64,000 bases of DNA from positions 1-64,000 of the forward strand of contig CAWHCQ010000009.1 in assembly GCA_963827755.1 (NCBI GenBank), in the 5' to 3' direction. The notes under the pieces were generated by a model, which did not search any database, was not told the origin of the DNA, and saw only the letters and a list, made by a program, of their open reading frames with translations. This stretch comes from an uncultured Gammaproteobacteria bacterium. GTDB lineage: Bacteria; Pseudomonadota; Gammaproteobacteria; UBA9214. Below, one piece after another: positions 42,714-52,664 of the stretch (position 1 is the first letter of the stretch; the number at the start of each line of letters is the position of its first letter). The translations under genes were made by a program, and so were the position numbers.

Positions 42714-43902
42714 TTACCCCGTACCGGTGGGCTTGCCGGACTTGGTACGGCCCTTTGCGCCGGTCTGCGCCCAGGCCGACAGGGTACGGCTCATCATGCG
42801 CAACTCATCACGGATCTCCTCGGCCAGTTGTTCACGGCCGGCACTGAACTCGTCGACAAAGCGCTTCAGGTTGATATCGAGGCTGCGCAGGTGCTCCTGC
42901 ACGGCCGGATCGCCGTCACTGCCGGTCTCGGCCAGCCGGGTCAGCACCGGCACCAGTTCGCCCTGGCCCCTGGCCAGCACACCCAGCAGGCGCTGTCCTT
43001 CACGCGCAACATCGGAAAACGACGCAAGTTCACGCCCGAGCGAGAGGATCTGTTCACTGATCTGGCGACGCTGGTCCTCGTCACGCACCACGTTGCGCTG
43101 CAGCTTGTCCAGGGTCTCTGCCGTCTGCTCCAGCATGGCATGGATGTAGACCGGTTCACTGGGTTCACGGTCCGGGTTCATGCTCCCCGACCGGCCTGCT
43201 CACCGTAAGGCGCGTGACCCCCGAGAGCCAGTCCTCCAGCTCGTTGAAAAAGCGGTTCTGCGCGTGGGACGCCTGCAGGTCAAGAAAACCCAGCACCAGC
43301 GAGCCGGCAAGGCCGAACAACGAGGAGCTGAATGCCGTGCCCATCCCGGACAGCGGGCCCTGCAGTCCCTCCATCAGGCTGCCGAACATGGCGGTCGTGT
43401 TGTTACCGGTCGCGGTGAGCGTGCCGATCATCTGTCCAACCCCGCTGACGGTCAGCAACAGACCCCAGAAGGTGCCCAGCAGCCCGAGGAAAACAAGCAG
43501 GCCAATCATGTAACGCGAGACATCGCGGGACTCGTCGAGTCGCAGCCTGACGCTGTCGAGCAACGCGCGCAGCGACAGATGCGGCAGGCTCGTCAGTTCC
43601 TTCTCGTGCCGGCCAAGCATTTTCGCCAGCGACGCCAGCATGCGCGGCTCGGCAGGTGCCCGGGGTCCCAGGAACTTGCGCTTGCCCCGGTACTTGTTGA
43701 TCCAGGCCACCTCGGAAGACAAACTGATCACCTGGCGAAAATTGATGATGATACCGATCAGGAACACCAGCAGAATAATGCCGTTGAACGCCGGGTTTGA
43801 CTGAAATGCCTCGGCCAGGGGGGCGTACAGCACCGCCACCGCCAGGGCGACCAGGCCGAGAAACGGGATCATCCACAGGAAAACGTGGGTGGGACGCGTC
43901 AT
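42714..43902 (-). CDS. MotA/ExbB-like proton channel with a cytoplasmic helical tail (frameshift near 43174)
   Basis: GLLGTFWGL and GMGTAFSSSLFGL; ORFs 43165-43923 and 42714-43181 join on removing one C. Confidence 0.85.
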
Positions 43903-44106
43903 GGTTGTTCTCCTTGCTAGCAATTGCCTCTAATTCCCGGCGCAGGACAGAGGAACCGGCCGTTGTGGCGAGCCTGCGCAGGCGAGGTGGCGTAGCTTAA
44001 CACGCAGCGGAAACCTGCAGTGTGACTTTACGACGGGGCCTGCAGAAAATGGCCCGGGGCCCGTGAAAAACCGGGGCAGATCGCCGTGTAAATCAGAATG
44101 CCCCTG

Positions 44107-44325
44107 TTACTCCTGGTCACCGGCATCGGGACTCAGGCCGAATTCAAACCGGTCGATCTTGATGCCCTCGGGAAATGCGTTTTTCAGGCGTCTCTCGAAT
44201 TCCTGGTAGACCTCCGCTTTATGTTGCTGGACATCATAATCGCGACTGCCTGAATCAATTCCTTCCAGCTCCAGGTCCAGCTTGAACTCTACATCCGGAG
44301 CAATTTGAAAGCGTATCTTTGCCAT
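44107..44325 (-). CDS. Small hypothetical protein (72 aa)
   Basis: Strong AAGGAGGAG RBS, globular-looking composition. Confidence 0.7.
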   Translation of the reverse strand: MAKIRFQIAPDVEFKLDLELEGIDSGSRDYDVQQHKAEVYQEFERRLKNAFPEGIKIDRFEFGLSPDAGDQE

Positions 44326-44387
44326 AATGAACTCCTCCTTTCCGGTTGTGTTGCAGATCACCTCGCACAGTCACCAGGACCCCGTAT

Positions 44388-44861
44388 TTACCATTTGTTG
44401 CGCGGGCCACCCGGCAGGCGTCGATTCCTTACTGGAATGTAGATCTCCAGGACGCCGTTGTTGATGCGCTGCGTCATTCGACCCGTGTCGGCATCGCAGG
44501 GAAGTCGCAGCTGCCTGTGGACTCGCATCTGCCATTGCGATGTTCCAGCAGCATGCCGGTCTTGCTGACGGGTCCGGCCGCCTTGAGCAACCTCAAGTAC
44601 CAGGCGGTTGCGCCGCAGATAGACATGGACGTTCCCGGGACTTAATCCATCAAGCCGGGCGCGGACGTAATAGCCGTCCCCGGCCTTACCTGTTTGCACG
44701 CGCAAGGAGCCCTGGAAGTGATTACCCCCGGGAGACCCTGCATATGAAAGCCGGTTCCTGTCGGCCGGGTAACCGGCAAAGCCGTAAGCCCCTGCATTGA
44801 CGGGCAACAAGGCTGCCAGAAGTATGCCCGCAATCGACACCTTTATTCTCTGCCACATCAT
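44388..44861 (-). CDS. Hsp20/alpha-crystallin domain protein with a signal peptide
   Basis: YYVRARLDGL, RQLRLPCDAD, NNGVLEIYIP; signal peptide ending AGA. Confidence 0.7.
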   Translation of the reverse strand: MMWQRIKVSIAGILLAALLPVNAGAYGFAGYPADRNRLSYAGSPGGNHFQGSLRVQTGKAGDGYYVRARLDGLSPGNVHVYLRRNRLVLEVAQGGRTRQQDRHAAGTSQWQMRVHRQLRLPCDADTGRMTQRINNGVLEIYIPVRNRRLPGGPRNKW

Positions 44862-45084
44862 TCCTGTCCCCCGCTTCACGTTGACCCGGGCGCCGCCAGG
44901 GCTGGCCCGGTTATTTGAAAAGAATACCCAGGAGCCTGTCGGACTTGGGACGATCACTGCGCCGGCGGGCAACGGCATTTTTCCGATCCTCCTCGTAAAT
45001 AGCTACGGCTATTCTCCTCGAACGATCGAAAAAATGACCTCGTTCTCCCACCCGGCTCGCTACGATCGCCCAAGTCGACAGCTC

Positions 45085-45279
45085 CTAGCGCAGGGGCTTG
45101 AACAGGGGTTTCTTCTTTTTCCCCCGAATGCACATCACATCCATGCCGATTTGGTGCGGTGTATAGACTGTCGTCCTGATCAGCCAGTCTCCGGACGGCA
45201 ACCGCGCCTGTTCGCTCATGGTCCTGATCTGCGTGGTATCGTCATAGACATCTTCGATGACATCGTAAACAAGTTTCAT
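45085..45279 (-). CDS. Small hypothetical protein (64 aa)
   Basis: GAGGGAG RBS, plausible codon usage. Confidence 0.6.
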   Translation of the reverse strand: MKLVYDVIEDVYDDTTQIRTMSEQARLPSGDWLIRTTVYTPHQIGMDVMCIRGKKKKPLFKPLR

Positions 45280-45663
45280 TGTTATCTCCCTCTGCAGTCG
45301 CACGAAAACCCCGTGGCCTTCATATCGCTGCCGACCACTGTAACAAGTATAGTATCAATCACAAGCCCGGGGGTTTGGCCCCGAAGGTGCCGGTCTCTGC
45401 GTATATTCGACATTTGCACAGTCCCGGTGGACGTCGGTTTATACAGCCGGCCGTGATACGGATCTGGAAGGTTATCGACAGCAATCACGGCACTGATACT
45501 GGTGTGACATGATGGAAATTCTTTACCCCGCAGACATGCCGCACCTGCCGGCGACGACAGTCTTCACTGTTCCGGTCTTGCAGCGGCCGTGCACTGTCCT
45601 GCGACGGCATGACACGGGCACCCTCCTCCGTGCCGGCGGACGCGACCCCCGGGGTCGTGCCGC

Positions 45664-48411
45664 GTGAGCGAGAAATCATCCCCCGCCGCTACCGCGCCCT
45701 GTCCCGTGGCGGCGCCCCATGCCGGGCCGGTTGAAGACATACTTGCAGCCCTGCACGGCTCGCCGAAAGGCCTTGACAAGGCTGAAGCCGCCGCCCGCCT
45801 GCAGCGCTATGGATACAATGCCCTGCCGGCCGCCGAACCGCCGGGCATCGCACAGGTATTCCTGCGCCAGTTCGCCAGCCCGCTGATCTACGTACTGGTG
45901 GCGGCGGCACTGGTGTCGCTGGCAATCCGCGAGTGGTCTGACGCCGGCTTCATCTGTGCGGTGCTGTTGCTGAATGCCGTTATCGGCACCGTCCAGGAAT
46001 ATTCCGCCCAGCGGGCCGCGACGGCCCTGCAGCAGCTGGTCCGCACGCGCTGCCGGGTCTTGCGCGATGGCGACGCCTATGAGTGCGAGGCGGAAGAACT
46101 GGTGCCCGGCGATATCGTGTTGCTGGAATCGGGTGAGCGCGTCCCGGCAGACCTGCGCCTGCTCGCCTGCCATGACCTGGAGGTGGATGAATCCCTGCTG
46201 ACCGGTGAATCCGTCGCGGTGTTCAAGCATGCAGACAAGCCGCTGCCGGAGGACAGCCCGCTTGGCGACAGGGTCAACATGGCCTTTGCCGGCACACTCG
46301 TCAGCCGCGGGCGCGCCCAGGGCGTGGTGACGGGCACCGCCCTCAACACGGAACTCGGACGCATCGCCTCCGCCGTGCTCGGCAAACCGCTCACCAAGGC
46401 ACCGCTACTGGTGCGGATGGAACGGTTTACCCACCGCGTGGCTATCCTGGTCGGCGTCGCCGCGTTGCTGCTGGCTGCTGTTTCACTGGGTCGCGGCATG
46501 CCGCTGGATGAAATCTTCCTGCTTGCCGTGGCACTGGCCGTCTCGGCCATACCCGAGGGATTGCCGGTCGCGCTGACGGTGGCGCTGGCCATTGGCATGC
46601 GGCGCATGGCCCGACGGCATGTGATTGTCCGGCGACTGCTGGCGGTGGAGGCGCTCGGATCCTGCACCTTTATCGCCACCGACAAGACCGGCACCCTGAC
46701 CGTCAACCAGCTCACGGCGCGGCGGATCGTCTTTCCCGGCCAGCCGCCGTGGGAAGTGACCGGCGACAGCCTGGAACCGGAAGGCAGCATCCTCACGCCG
46801 CGCGGATCGCCGCTGCCGAAGGAACAGGCCATGCTCGGCTGGCTGTGCCAGGCCGCGGTGCTGGCCAACGAGGGTTTGCTCGCGCATCGTGATCACGGCT
46901 GGGCCCGGTACGGCGATGCCGTCGATGTTGCCTTGCTGATCATGGCGCACAAGGCCGGCGTGACAAAGGCGGAGGCCGTTAATGCCATGCCGGAGATTGC
47001 GACCATCCCGTTCGAGTCGGAACGCCTGTTCGCGGCGAGCCTGAATGAGAAGGACGGCGGGCAGCACGCCTTTGCCAAGGGGGCGCTGGAACGCCTGCTG
47101 CCGATGTGCAGCACCATGGCCACCACCGCGGGCCCGGTGGCACTGGACCGTTCCGGGCTGGAACAGCAGGCGCAGGCGCTGGCCAGCCAGGGCTATCGCG
47201 TCATGGCGCTGGCAGCCGGTGCTATCGAACCGGGCCGGCAGGAAGCGTTCTCCGGGGAGCACCTCGGGGAATTGACCTTGATCGGGCTGGTTGGCCTGAT
47301 CGACCCGCTGCGGCCCGAGGCAAAGGCGGCCGTGACGGCCTGCCGTGCGGCCGGTATCCGGGTGGCAATGCTGACCGGCGATCATCCGGCAACGGCGTTT
47401 GCCATTGCCAGCGAACTGGAACTGGCGAGCAGCCCGGCGGATGTCGTCACCGGGCCGGAGCTGAAGCAGGCGACCGATGCGGCCGCCATCGACCGGTTGA
47501 CCGGGCGGGCGCGGGTATTTGCCCGCGTGGAGCCGCAGCAGAAACTCGACATCATCCACTCCCTGCAGCGCAACGGGCACTTCGTGGCCGTCAGCGGCGA
47601 CGGCGCCAACGATGCGCCGGCATTGCGCGCGGCCCAGGTCGGCGTGGCGATGGGCCGAAGCGGCACAGACGTGGCGCGCGAAACCGCGGACCTGATCATC
47701 ACCGATGACAACTTTGCCTCGATTGTGGCCGGGGTCGAAGAGGGACGCATAGCCTATGCCAACGTGCGCAAGGTGATTTTCCTGCTGATCTCGACCGGGG
47801 CCGCGGAGCTGGTGCTGTTTACCCTCGCGCTGCTGACCGGGCTGCCGCTGCCGCTGCTGGCGGTACAGCTGCTGTGGCTGAACCTGGTGACCAACGGCAT
47901 CCAGGACGTGGCACTGGCATTCGAGCCGGGCGAGGGTGACGAGCTGCGTTGTCCGCCGCGGTCGCCGCGGGAATCGATTTTCAACCGGCTGATGATCGAA
48001 CGCGTCGTCCTGTCGGCGCTGGTGATTGGCAGCGTTGCCTTTCTGCTCTTCCGGTTACTGCTGGAAAGCGGCCTCTCCCTGGACGAAGCGCGCAACGGGA
48101 CCCTGATGCTGATGGTGCTGTTCGAGAACATCCATGTCTTCAACAGCCGCTCGGAGAGGCTCTCGACATTCAGGCACAACCCGATGCGCAATCCGCTGCT
48201 GCTGTTCGGCACGCTGACGGCACAGCTGGTTCACATCGGCGCCATGTATACCCCGTGGATCAGCGACGTCCTGAATATCCAGCCAATCTCGCCGGAACTT
48301 TGGCTGGAACTGCTGGGCTTTGCTCTGACCGTGCTGCTCGCCATGGAACTGCACAAGGTCCTGCGGCGGCGGCTGACGGTACCCTGTGGTCCCGGCAGCT
48401 CAGCGGACTGA
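45664..48411 (+). CDS. Cation-transporting P-type ATPase (P2A, Ca2+-like)
   Basis: TGES, PEGLP, DKTGT, KGA, TGD, GDGANDAPAL. Confidence 0.93.
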   Translation: MSEKSSPAATAPCPVAAPHAGPVEDILAALHGSPKGLDKAEAAARLQRYGYNALPAAEPPGIAQVFLRQFASPLIYVLVAAALVSLAIREWSDAGFICAVLLLNAVIGTVQEYSAQRAATALQQLVRTRCRVLRDGDAYECEAEELVPGDIVLLESGERVPADLRLLACHDLEVDESLLTGESVAVFKHADKPLPEDSPLGDRVNMAFAGTLVSRGRAQGVVTGTALNTELGRIASAVLGKPLTKAPLLVRMERFTHRVAILVGVAALLLAAVSLGRGMPLDEIFLLAVALAVSAIPEGLPVALTVALAIGMRRMARRHVIVRRLLAVEALGSCTFIATDKTGTLTVNQLTARRIVFPGQPPWEVTGDSLEPEGSILTPRGSPLPKEQAMLGWLCQAAVLANEGLLAHRDHGWARYGDAVDVALLIMAHKAGVTKAEAVNAMPEIATIPFESERLFAASLNEKDGGQHAFAKGALERLLPMCSTMATTAGPVALDRSGLEQQAQALASQGYRVMALAAGAIEPGRQEAFSGEHLGELTLIGLVGLIDPLRPEAKAAVTACRAAGIRVAMLTGDHPATAFAIASELELASSPADVVTGPELKQATDAAAIDRLTGRARVFARVEPQQKLDIIHSLQRNGHFVAVSGDGANDAPALRAAQVGVAMGRSGTDVARETADLIITDDNFASIVAGVEEGRIAYANVRKVIFLLISTGAAELVLFTLALLTGLPLPLLAVQLLWLNLVTNGIQDVALAFEPGEGDELRCPPRSPRESIFNRLMIERVVLSALVIGSVAFLLFRLLLESGLSLDEARNGTLMLMVLFENIHVFNSRSERLSTFRHNPMRNPLLLFGTLTAQLVHIGAMYTPWISDVLNIQPISPELWLELLGFALTVLLAMELHKVLRRRLTVPCGPGSSAD

Positions 48412-48649
48412 GCCATAGCTCCTCTCCGCGGCCGCCTCCCCGGTGAGCAAGTCCCGCAGGCCGGGTCAGGGAGCAACGCGACGGACCCGGCATTGATTGC
48501 CGGACTCTCTGGCCAGCGGAATGCCGGATATCGCGAAATGGACGGCAACCCCGCTGGAAGATAACGGGTCATTCGAGGCTTTTTCTCTGCCAGCAACGCG
48601 GTTATGCTACAGACCACCAATACGAGCACATGTCATGGAGGCATCGTTG

Positions 48650-49063
48650 ATGACGGACCAAAAACGCATCTGCGTAAAAGACGTAATGAAAACCAGCTTC
48701 GGCACCATCAACGGCAACTCAACCGTCATGGAAGCCATCGACGAGATGAAGCGCTTGCAAACCGCCATCCTCATCGTCAACAAGAAGAACGAGCACGACG
48801 AGTACGGTCTTTTACTGGTGTCGGATATTGCGCGCAAGGTGCTGGCGATGAATAAATCACCCAAGCGCATGAATATCTATGAAATCATGACCAAACCGGC
48901 GGTCTGCGTCGACCCCGACATGGACATCCGTTATTGTTCGCGCCTCATGAGCACAATGAACCTGATGCGCGTCCTGGTGGTGGAAGACAAGGAACTTCTC
49001 GGTACCGTGAGCCCGCACGCCCTGGTGTTGAACGGCCTGGCTGAAATCGAGACATATAACTGA
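48650..49063 (+). CDS. CBS domain protein
   Basis: VKDVM, DEYGLLLVSDIARKVLA, EIMTKP, MDIRYC; GGAGG RBS. Confidence 0.85.
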   Translation: MTDQKRICVKDVMKTSFGTINGNSTVMEAIDEMKRLQTAILIVNKKNEHDEYGLLLVSDIARKVLAMNKSPKRMNIYEIMTKPAVCVDPDMDIRYCSRLMSTMNLMRVLVVEDKELLGTVSPHALVLNGLAEIETYN

Positions 49064-49074
49064 CCGGCCCTGTT

Positions 49075-49383
49075 TCAGCGGGTGCGCTGGCCGCTGTCCG
49101 GCAACACCTGCTGCAGCATCCCCGCCGGATTCATTTGCTGAAACTGTTTGCTTCCCTGGCTGAAAGTCTTGCCCAGGCTATCGATACTCTTCTCCATACG
49201 CTGCATGGAGTCATTCATGGCATTCATACTCTGCTGCATTTCGCCGACATCCTCCGACATGACACTCATATAACCGGTCATCTCGCTCATCGAGCTGCTC
49301 ATATCGAACATCAGCTTTATAAATGCAAGCGCAATGACGCCTGCGCCGATAAATAATACCGTCTGTAATGGTTTGCCGCTCAT
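49075..49383 (-). CDS. Membrane-anchored methionine-rich coiled-coil protein
   Basis: N-terminal TM, then Met at heptad positions. Confidence 0.7.
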   Translation of the reverse strand: MSGKPLQTVLFIGAGVIALAFIKLMFDMSSSMSEMTGYMSVMSEDVGEMQQSMNAMNDSMQRMEKSIDSLGKTFSQGSKQFQQMNPAGMLQQVLPDSGQRTR

Positions 49384-49527
49384 TCTTTTTACACCTGCAC
49401 GCTATCGACAAGAGACTTGAAATAATTCTAGCAGATCACCGGGCAGCGGGCACCGGCCCGGGCGCAGCAGCATCGCGGCTTGCCTGTGTCCGCCGCATGC
49501 AATTGCAAGGGCGCAGTCTGTCGTGAA

Positions 49528-50529
49528 TCAGCGCTGCAGCACAATGCGGTAATGCGTCTGGCCGCTCCTTAATCGTGTGATGGCCTCATTGACGTCTTCA
49601 AGGCTGAATTTCTCGATCACCGGCTTGATGTTATGCAGGCTGGCGAATTCAAGCATCCTGGAAATGGTTGCAGGGCTGCCGACCGGAGAACCGGATAGCG
49701 AACGTTGCCCCATGATGAGTGAAAACACATTGATATCGAGCGGGTCCAGGGTCGCACCCACAAAGTGCAGGCGGCCGCGGGGTTTCAGTGTGCCGAGATA
49801 GAGGTTCCAGTCCAGCTTGACGTTAACCGTGGAAATAACCAGGTCAAAACGGCCGGCCGCCGCCTCGATTTCACCCTGGTCGCGGGAGTTCAATGTATGG
49901 TGAGCGCCGAGATCCAGGGCTTCTTTCTTTTTCTCTTCGCTGGAGGTAAACGCCGTCACCTCGCAACCCCATGCATTCAGAAACTGCAGCGCCAGGTGGC
50001 CAAGACCGCCGATGCCGATCACCGCCACCTTGTCGACGGGTTTTATATCGAACTGAACCAGCGGATTGAACACGGTAATCCCGGCGCAAAACAGCGGGCC
50101 GGCAGATTCCAGCTCGACACCGTCCGGAATCGGGACCACGCTGTTTGCCTGCGCACGCACCTTGTCGGCAAAGCCGCCGTGATGACCGATGATGGTTGGC
50201 TGGGCAGTGGCGCACAGGTTGTGGTCGCCGCTGTGACAAAGTGCGCAGGCATTGCAGTAACCCGCATGCCAGCCCAGTCCCACTGCCTGGCCGACCTGCA
50301 AATGTTTAACATGGTCACCGACCCCGGCAATCTTTCCCACCACTTCGTGCCCGGGTACAACGGGATACTGTGTCATCCCCCATTCATTATCGATGACGCT
50401 CAGGTCACTGTGGCAAATTCCGGAGTAGAGAACATCGATTTCAACTTCATGGGCTTTTAATTCGCCGGGATCATACTCAAAGGGTTTGAGTTCTCCGCAG
50501 GGTTCAAATGCTGCAAAGGCTTTTATCAT
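49528..50529 (-). CDS. ahr: NADPH-dependent aldehyde reductase (Zn-binding)
   Basis: GICHSD, GHE, four-Cys structural Zn site, GIGGLGH. Confidence 0.9.
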   Translation of the reverse strand: MIKAFAAFEPCGELKPFEYDPGELKAHEVEIDVLYSGICHSDLSVIDNEWGMTQYPVVPGHEVVGKIAGVGDHVKHLQVGQAVGLGWHAGYCNACALCHSGDHNLCATAQPTIIGHHGGFADKVRAQANSVVPIPDGVELESAGPLFCAGITVFNPLVQFDIKPVDKVAVIGIGGLGHLALQFLNAWGCEVTAFTSSEEKKKEALDLGAHHTLNSRDQGEIEAAAGRFDLVISTVNVKLDWNLYLGTLKPRGRLHFVGATLDPLDINVFSLIMGQRSLSGSPVGSPATISRMLEFASLHNIKPVIEKFSLEDVNEAITRLRSGQTHYRIVLQR

Positions 50530-50558
50530 GACAATTTTCCTCGTGGTGGCGTGTGGCC

Positions 50559-50688
50559 CGTAGCCCGGATGCAACGCAGTGTAATCCGGGGATCCTGCCA
50601 CATCACCCCCCGGATTCCGTTCCACTCCATTCGGGCTACGATACTACGCTACTGTAGCCCGGATGAAACGCAGTGTAATCCGGGGAAT
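50559..50688. repeat. GTAG-type REP family C, three alternating copies
   Basis: GTAGCCCGGATGNAACGCAGTGTAATCCGGGG twice, with a reverse copy between. Confidence 0.85.
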
Positions 50689-50730
50689 CTGCTATCATCT
50701 GCCACCTTCCTGCCAGTTACCCCGACAACC

Positions 50731-51786
50731 ATGACCGACAAACGCATTGAAGATATCAATATCAGCAGCTGCAAGCGGCTGATTACGCCCGATGATCTCA
50801 AACACAAGCTGCCGATTACCGACCAGGTCGTCGAAACGGTCATCGACAGCCGCAGGGTGATTCGCGATATTATCGATCGCAGGGATGCACGCCAGATGAT
50901 CGTGGTGGGCCCCTGCTCCATCCACGACCCGAGAGCGGCCATCGAGTATGGCGAGCGTTTGCGCAAACTTGCAGACCAGGTCAGTGACACGCTCTACCTG
51001 GTGATGCGGGTTTATTTCGAGAAACCGCGCAGCACCATTGGCTGGAAGGGACTGATCAACGACCCGCACATGAACGGCTCGTTCGAGATCGAGGAAGGGC
51101 TGCACATCGCGCGGCGCCTGCTGCTCGACCTGGCCGGGCTCGGTCTGCCGCTGGCCACCGAGGCACTCGACCCGGTTTCACCGCAGTACCTGCAGGACCT
51201 GATTTCCTGGTCGGCGATCGGCGCACGCACCACCGAGTCGCAAACACACCGTGTCATGTCCAGCGGACTGTCCTGCGCCGTGGGTTTCAAGAACGGCACC
51301 GATGGCGGCCTCGGCATCGCCATCAATGCGCTGAAGTCGGTCAGCCACCCGCACAGCTTCCTCGGCATCGATGAAGGCGGACATGTTGCCATCGTCGAAA
51401 CCACGGGTAACAAGTACGGGCATATCGTACTGCGCGGCGGCAACGGCAAGCCCAACTATGACGCCGAAAATATCGCCCGCTGCGAGGCGGAACTGCGTGC
51501 GGCAGGTGTCTGCCCGCACATCATGGTCGATTGCAGCCACGACAACTCCTGCAAGGACCCGAACCTGCAACCGGGCGTTGCAGAAGACATCACCCGCCAG
51601 GTCCTGGCGGGCAACCGCTCCATCATCGGCCTGATGATCGAGAGCAACATCAATGCCGGTAACCAGCCAATCCCTGACGACATAGCAACACTGAAATACG
51701 GCGTATCCGTGACCGACGGCTGTATAGACTGGATAACAACCGAAAAAATGATCACCGCCATGCACACCCGGCTGGCGTCCACGTAG
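50731..51786 (+). CDS. aroG: Class I DAHP synthase (AroG/AroF type)
   Basis: GPCSIHD, EKPRS, GARTTESQ, GFKNGT, DCSH; isozyme identity uncertain. Confidence 0.88.
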   Translation: MTDKRIEDINISSCKRLITPDDLKHKLPITDQVVETVIDSRRVIRDIIDRRDARQMIVVGPCSIHDPRAAIEYGERLRKLADQVSDTLYLVMRVYFEKPRSTIGWKGLINDPHMNGSFEIEEGLHIARRLLLDLAGLGLPLATEALDPVSPQYLQDLISWSAIGARTTESQTHRVMSSGLSCAVGFKNGTDGGLGIAINALKSVSHPHSFLGIDEGGHVAIVETTGNKYGHIVLRGGNGKPNYDAENIARCEAELRAAGVCPHIMVDCSHDNSCKDPNLQPGVAEDITRQVLAGNRSIIGLMIESNINAGNQPIPDDIATLKYGVSVTDGCIDWITTEKMITAMHTRLAST

Positions 51787-51852
51787 GAGCCAGCGCAAGC
51801 TGGCGAACCGGCGAACCGGCGAACCCTTCGCGAGCTGGCGCTCGCTCCTGCA
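51783..51852. repeat. REP family D inverted pair
   Basis: GTAGGAGCCAGC..GCTGGCGAA / TTCGCGAGC..GCTCGCTCCTGC. Confidence 0.75.
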
Positions 51853-51886
51853 CATCCAGTGCCAGACGGCTATACCCGGGAAATTT

Positions 51887-52255
51887 CTAGTCGCCCTTCT
51901 CTTCCAGCACGCCTGCGGGCAATGTGTAGGGTGTGGCTGCCAGCAGGCTCCCCTGGTAGATGAGACCCGGACAGGGATGGTCGAAATCAACCTGGTGGTA
52001 AATAAATTCGAATACATCGTCCGCCCGGTCTTCCTCGACAACAATAGTGACCACGCGTACCGAATAGGCGGCGACCTGTCTTTTTCTCTTGTATTTCCGG
52101 CGCATCTGCAGACCGAACCCCCGGCAGAGAGAGGTATTTGCCGTGATAATGCCTTTCTTTGTTCGCAGCACCTTGAGCAGTGCCATGTCCTGACCTTCAT
52201 CAGGCAGGATGCAGGTGATAAGTTTTGCCTCTGGAAAATCCTGCAGCCGGGTCAC
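51887..52255 (-). CDS. Divergent P-II-like protein
   Basis: KLITCIL, CRG, VTIVV, PGLIY pattern parallels the upstream P-II; 4-nt overlap. Confidence 0.7.
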   Translation of the reverse strand: MTRLQDFPEAKLITCILPDEGQDMALLKVLRTKKGIITANTSLCRGFGLQMRRKYKRKRQVAAYSVRVVTIVVEEDRADDVFEFIYHQVDFDHPCPGLIYQGSLLAATPYTLPAGVLEEKGD

Positions 52256-52641
52256 GCGCCGTCCCCGTGATGTTTCTTTTCCAGTTGTTCAAGCACTTCT
52301 TCGGGGATATAGGTGGCCGCTTTATCCAGCGGCGTGACATACATGAAGCCCATGCCCGGCGTGTCCAGCTGGCCGGCCAGGTAGATGTTGTTGAATACCG
52401 TTTCCAGTTGCTCGCTGGAGACAACGATGTTGACCACTTCCTTTTCGACTTCCACGGCGACGCCGAGTATGCCAAGCCGTTCCCTGACGCCGCTGCCCCT
52501 GGCATAAAAGATCGTCGCGCCCTGGGCGCCGGCTTCCTGGGCCGCCTGGACGATGGTATCGCCCAGGCCGCGTTGCACGATGCAGGTTATCAGGCGCACA
52601 TCGGTCAACAAGGTGATGCTGTGTCTTGTTTTGTTTGTCAT
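52252..52641 (-). CDS. P-II family signalling protein
   Basis: LITCIVQRG, AGAQGATI, ARGSG, EKE, PGMGFMYV. Confidence 0.85.
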   Translation of the reverse strand: MTNKTRHSITLLTDVRLITCIVQRGLGDTIVQAAQEAGAQGATIFYARGSGVRERLGILGVAVEVEKEVVNIVVSSEQLETVFNNIYLAGQLDTPGMGFMYVTPLDKAATYIPEEVLEQLEKKHHGDGA

Positions 52642-52664
52642 GAGTGAATGTTCCCGGGTCGGCA

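Noticed and set aside
41561-43902. Zorya defence system
   Set aside because: No zorC, zorD or zorE-like genes are adjacent, the GC content matches the host, and the MotB-like subunit has a long coiled coil.
50529-50731. N-terminal extensions of ahr and the DAHP synthase (similarly the MFS gene into 23264)
   Set aside because: They are read-through across REP repeats; downstream ATGs match the family starts.
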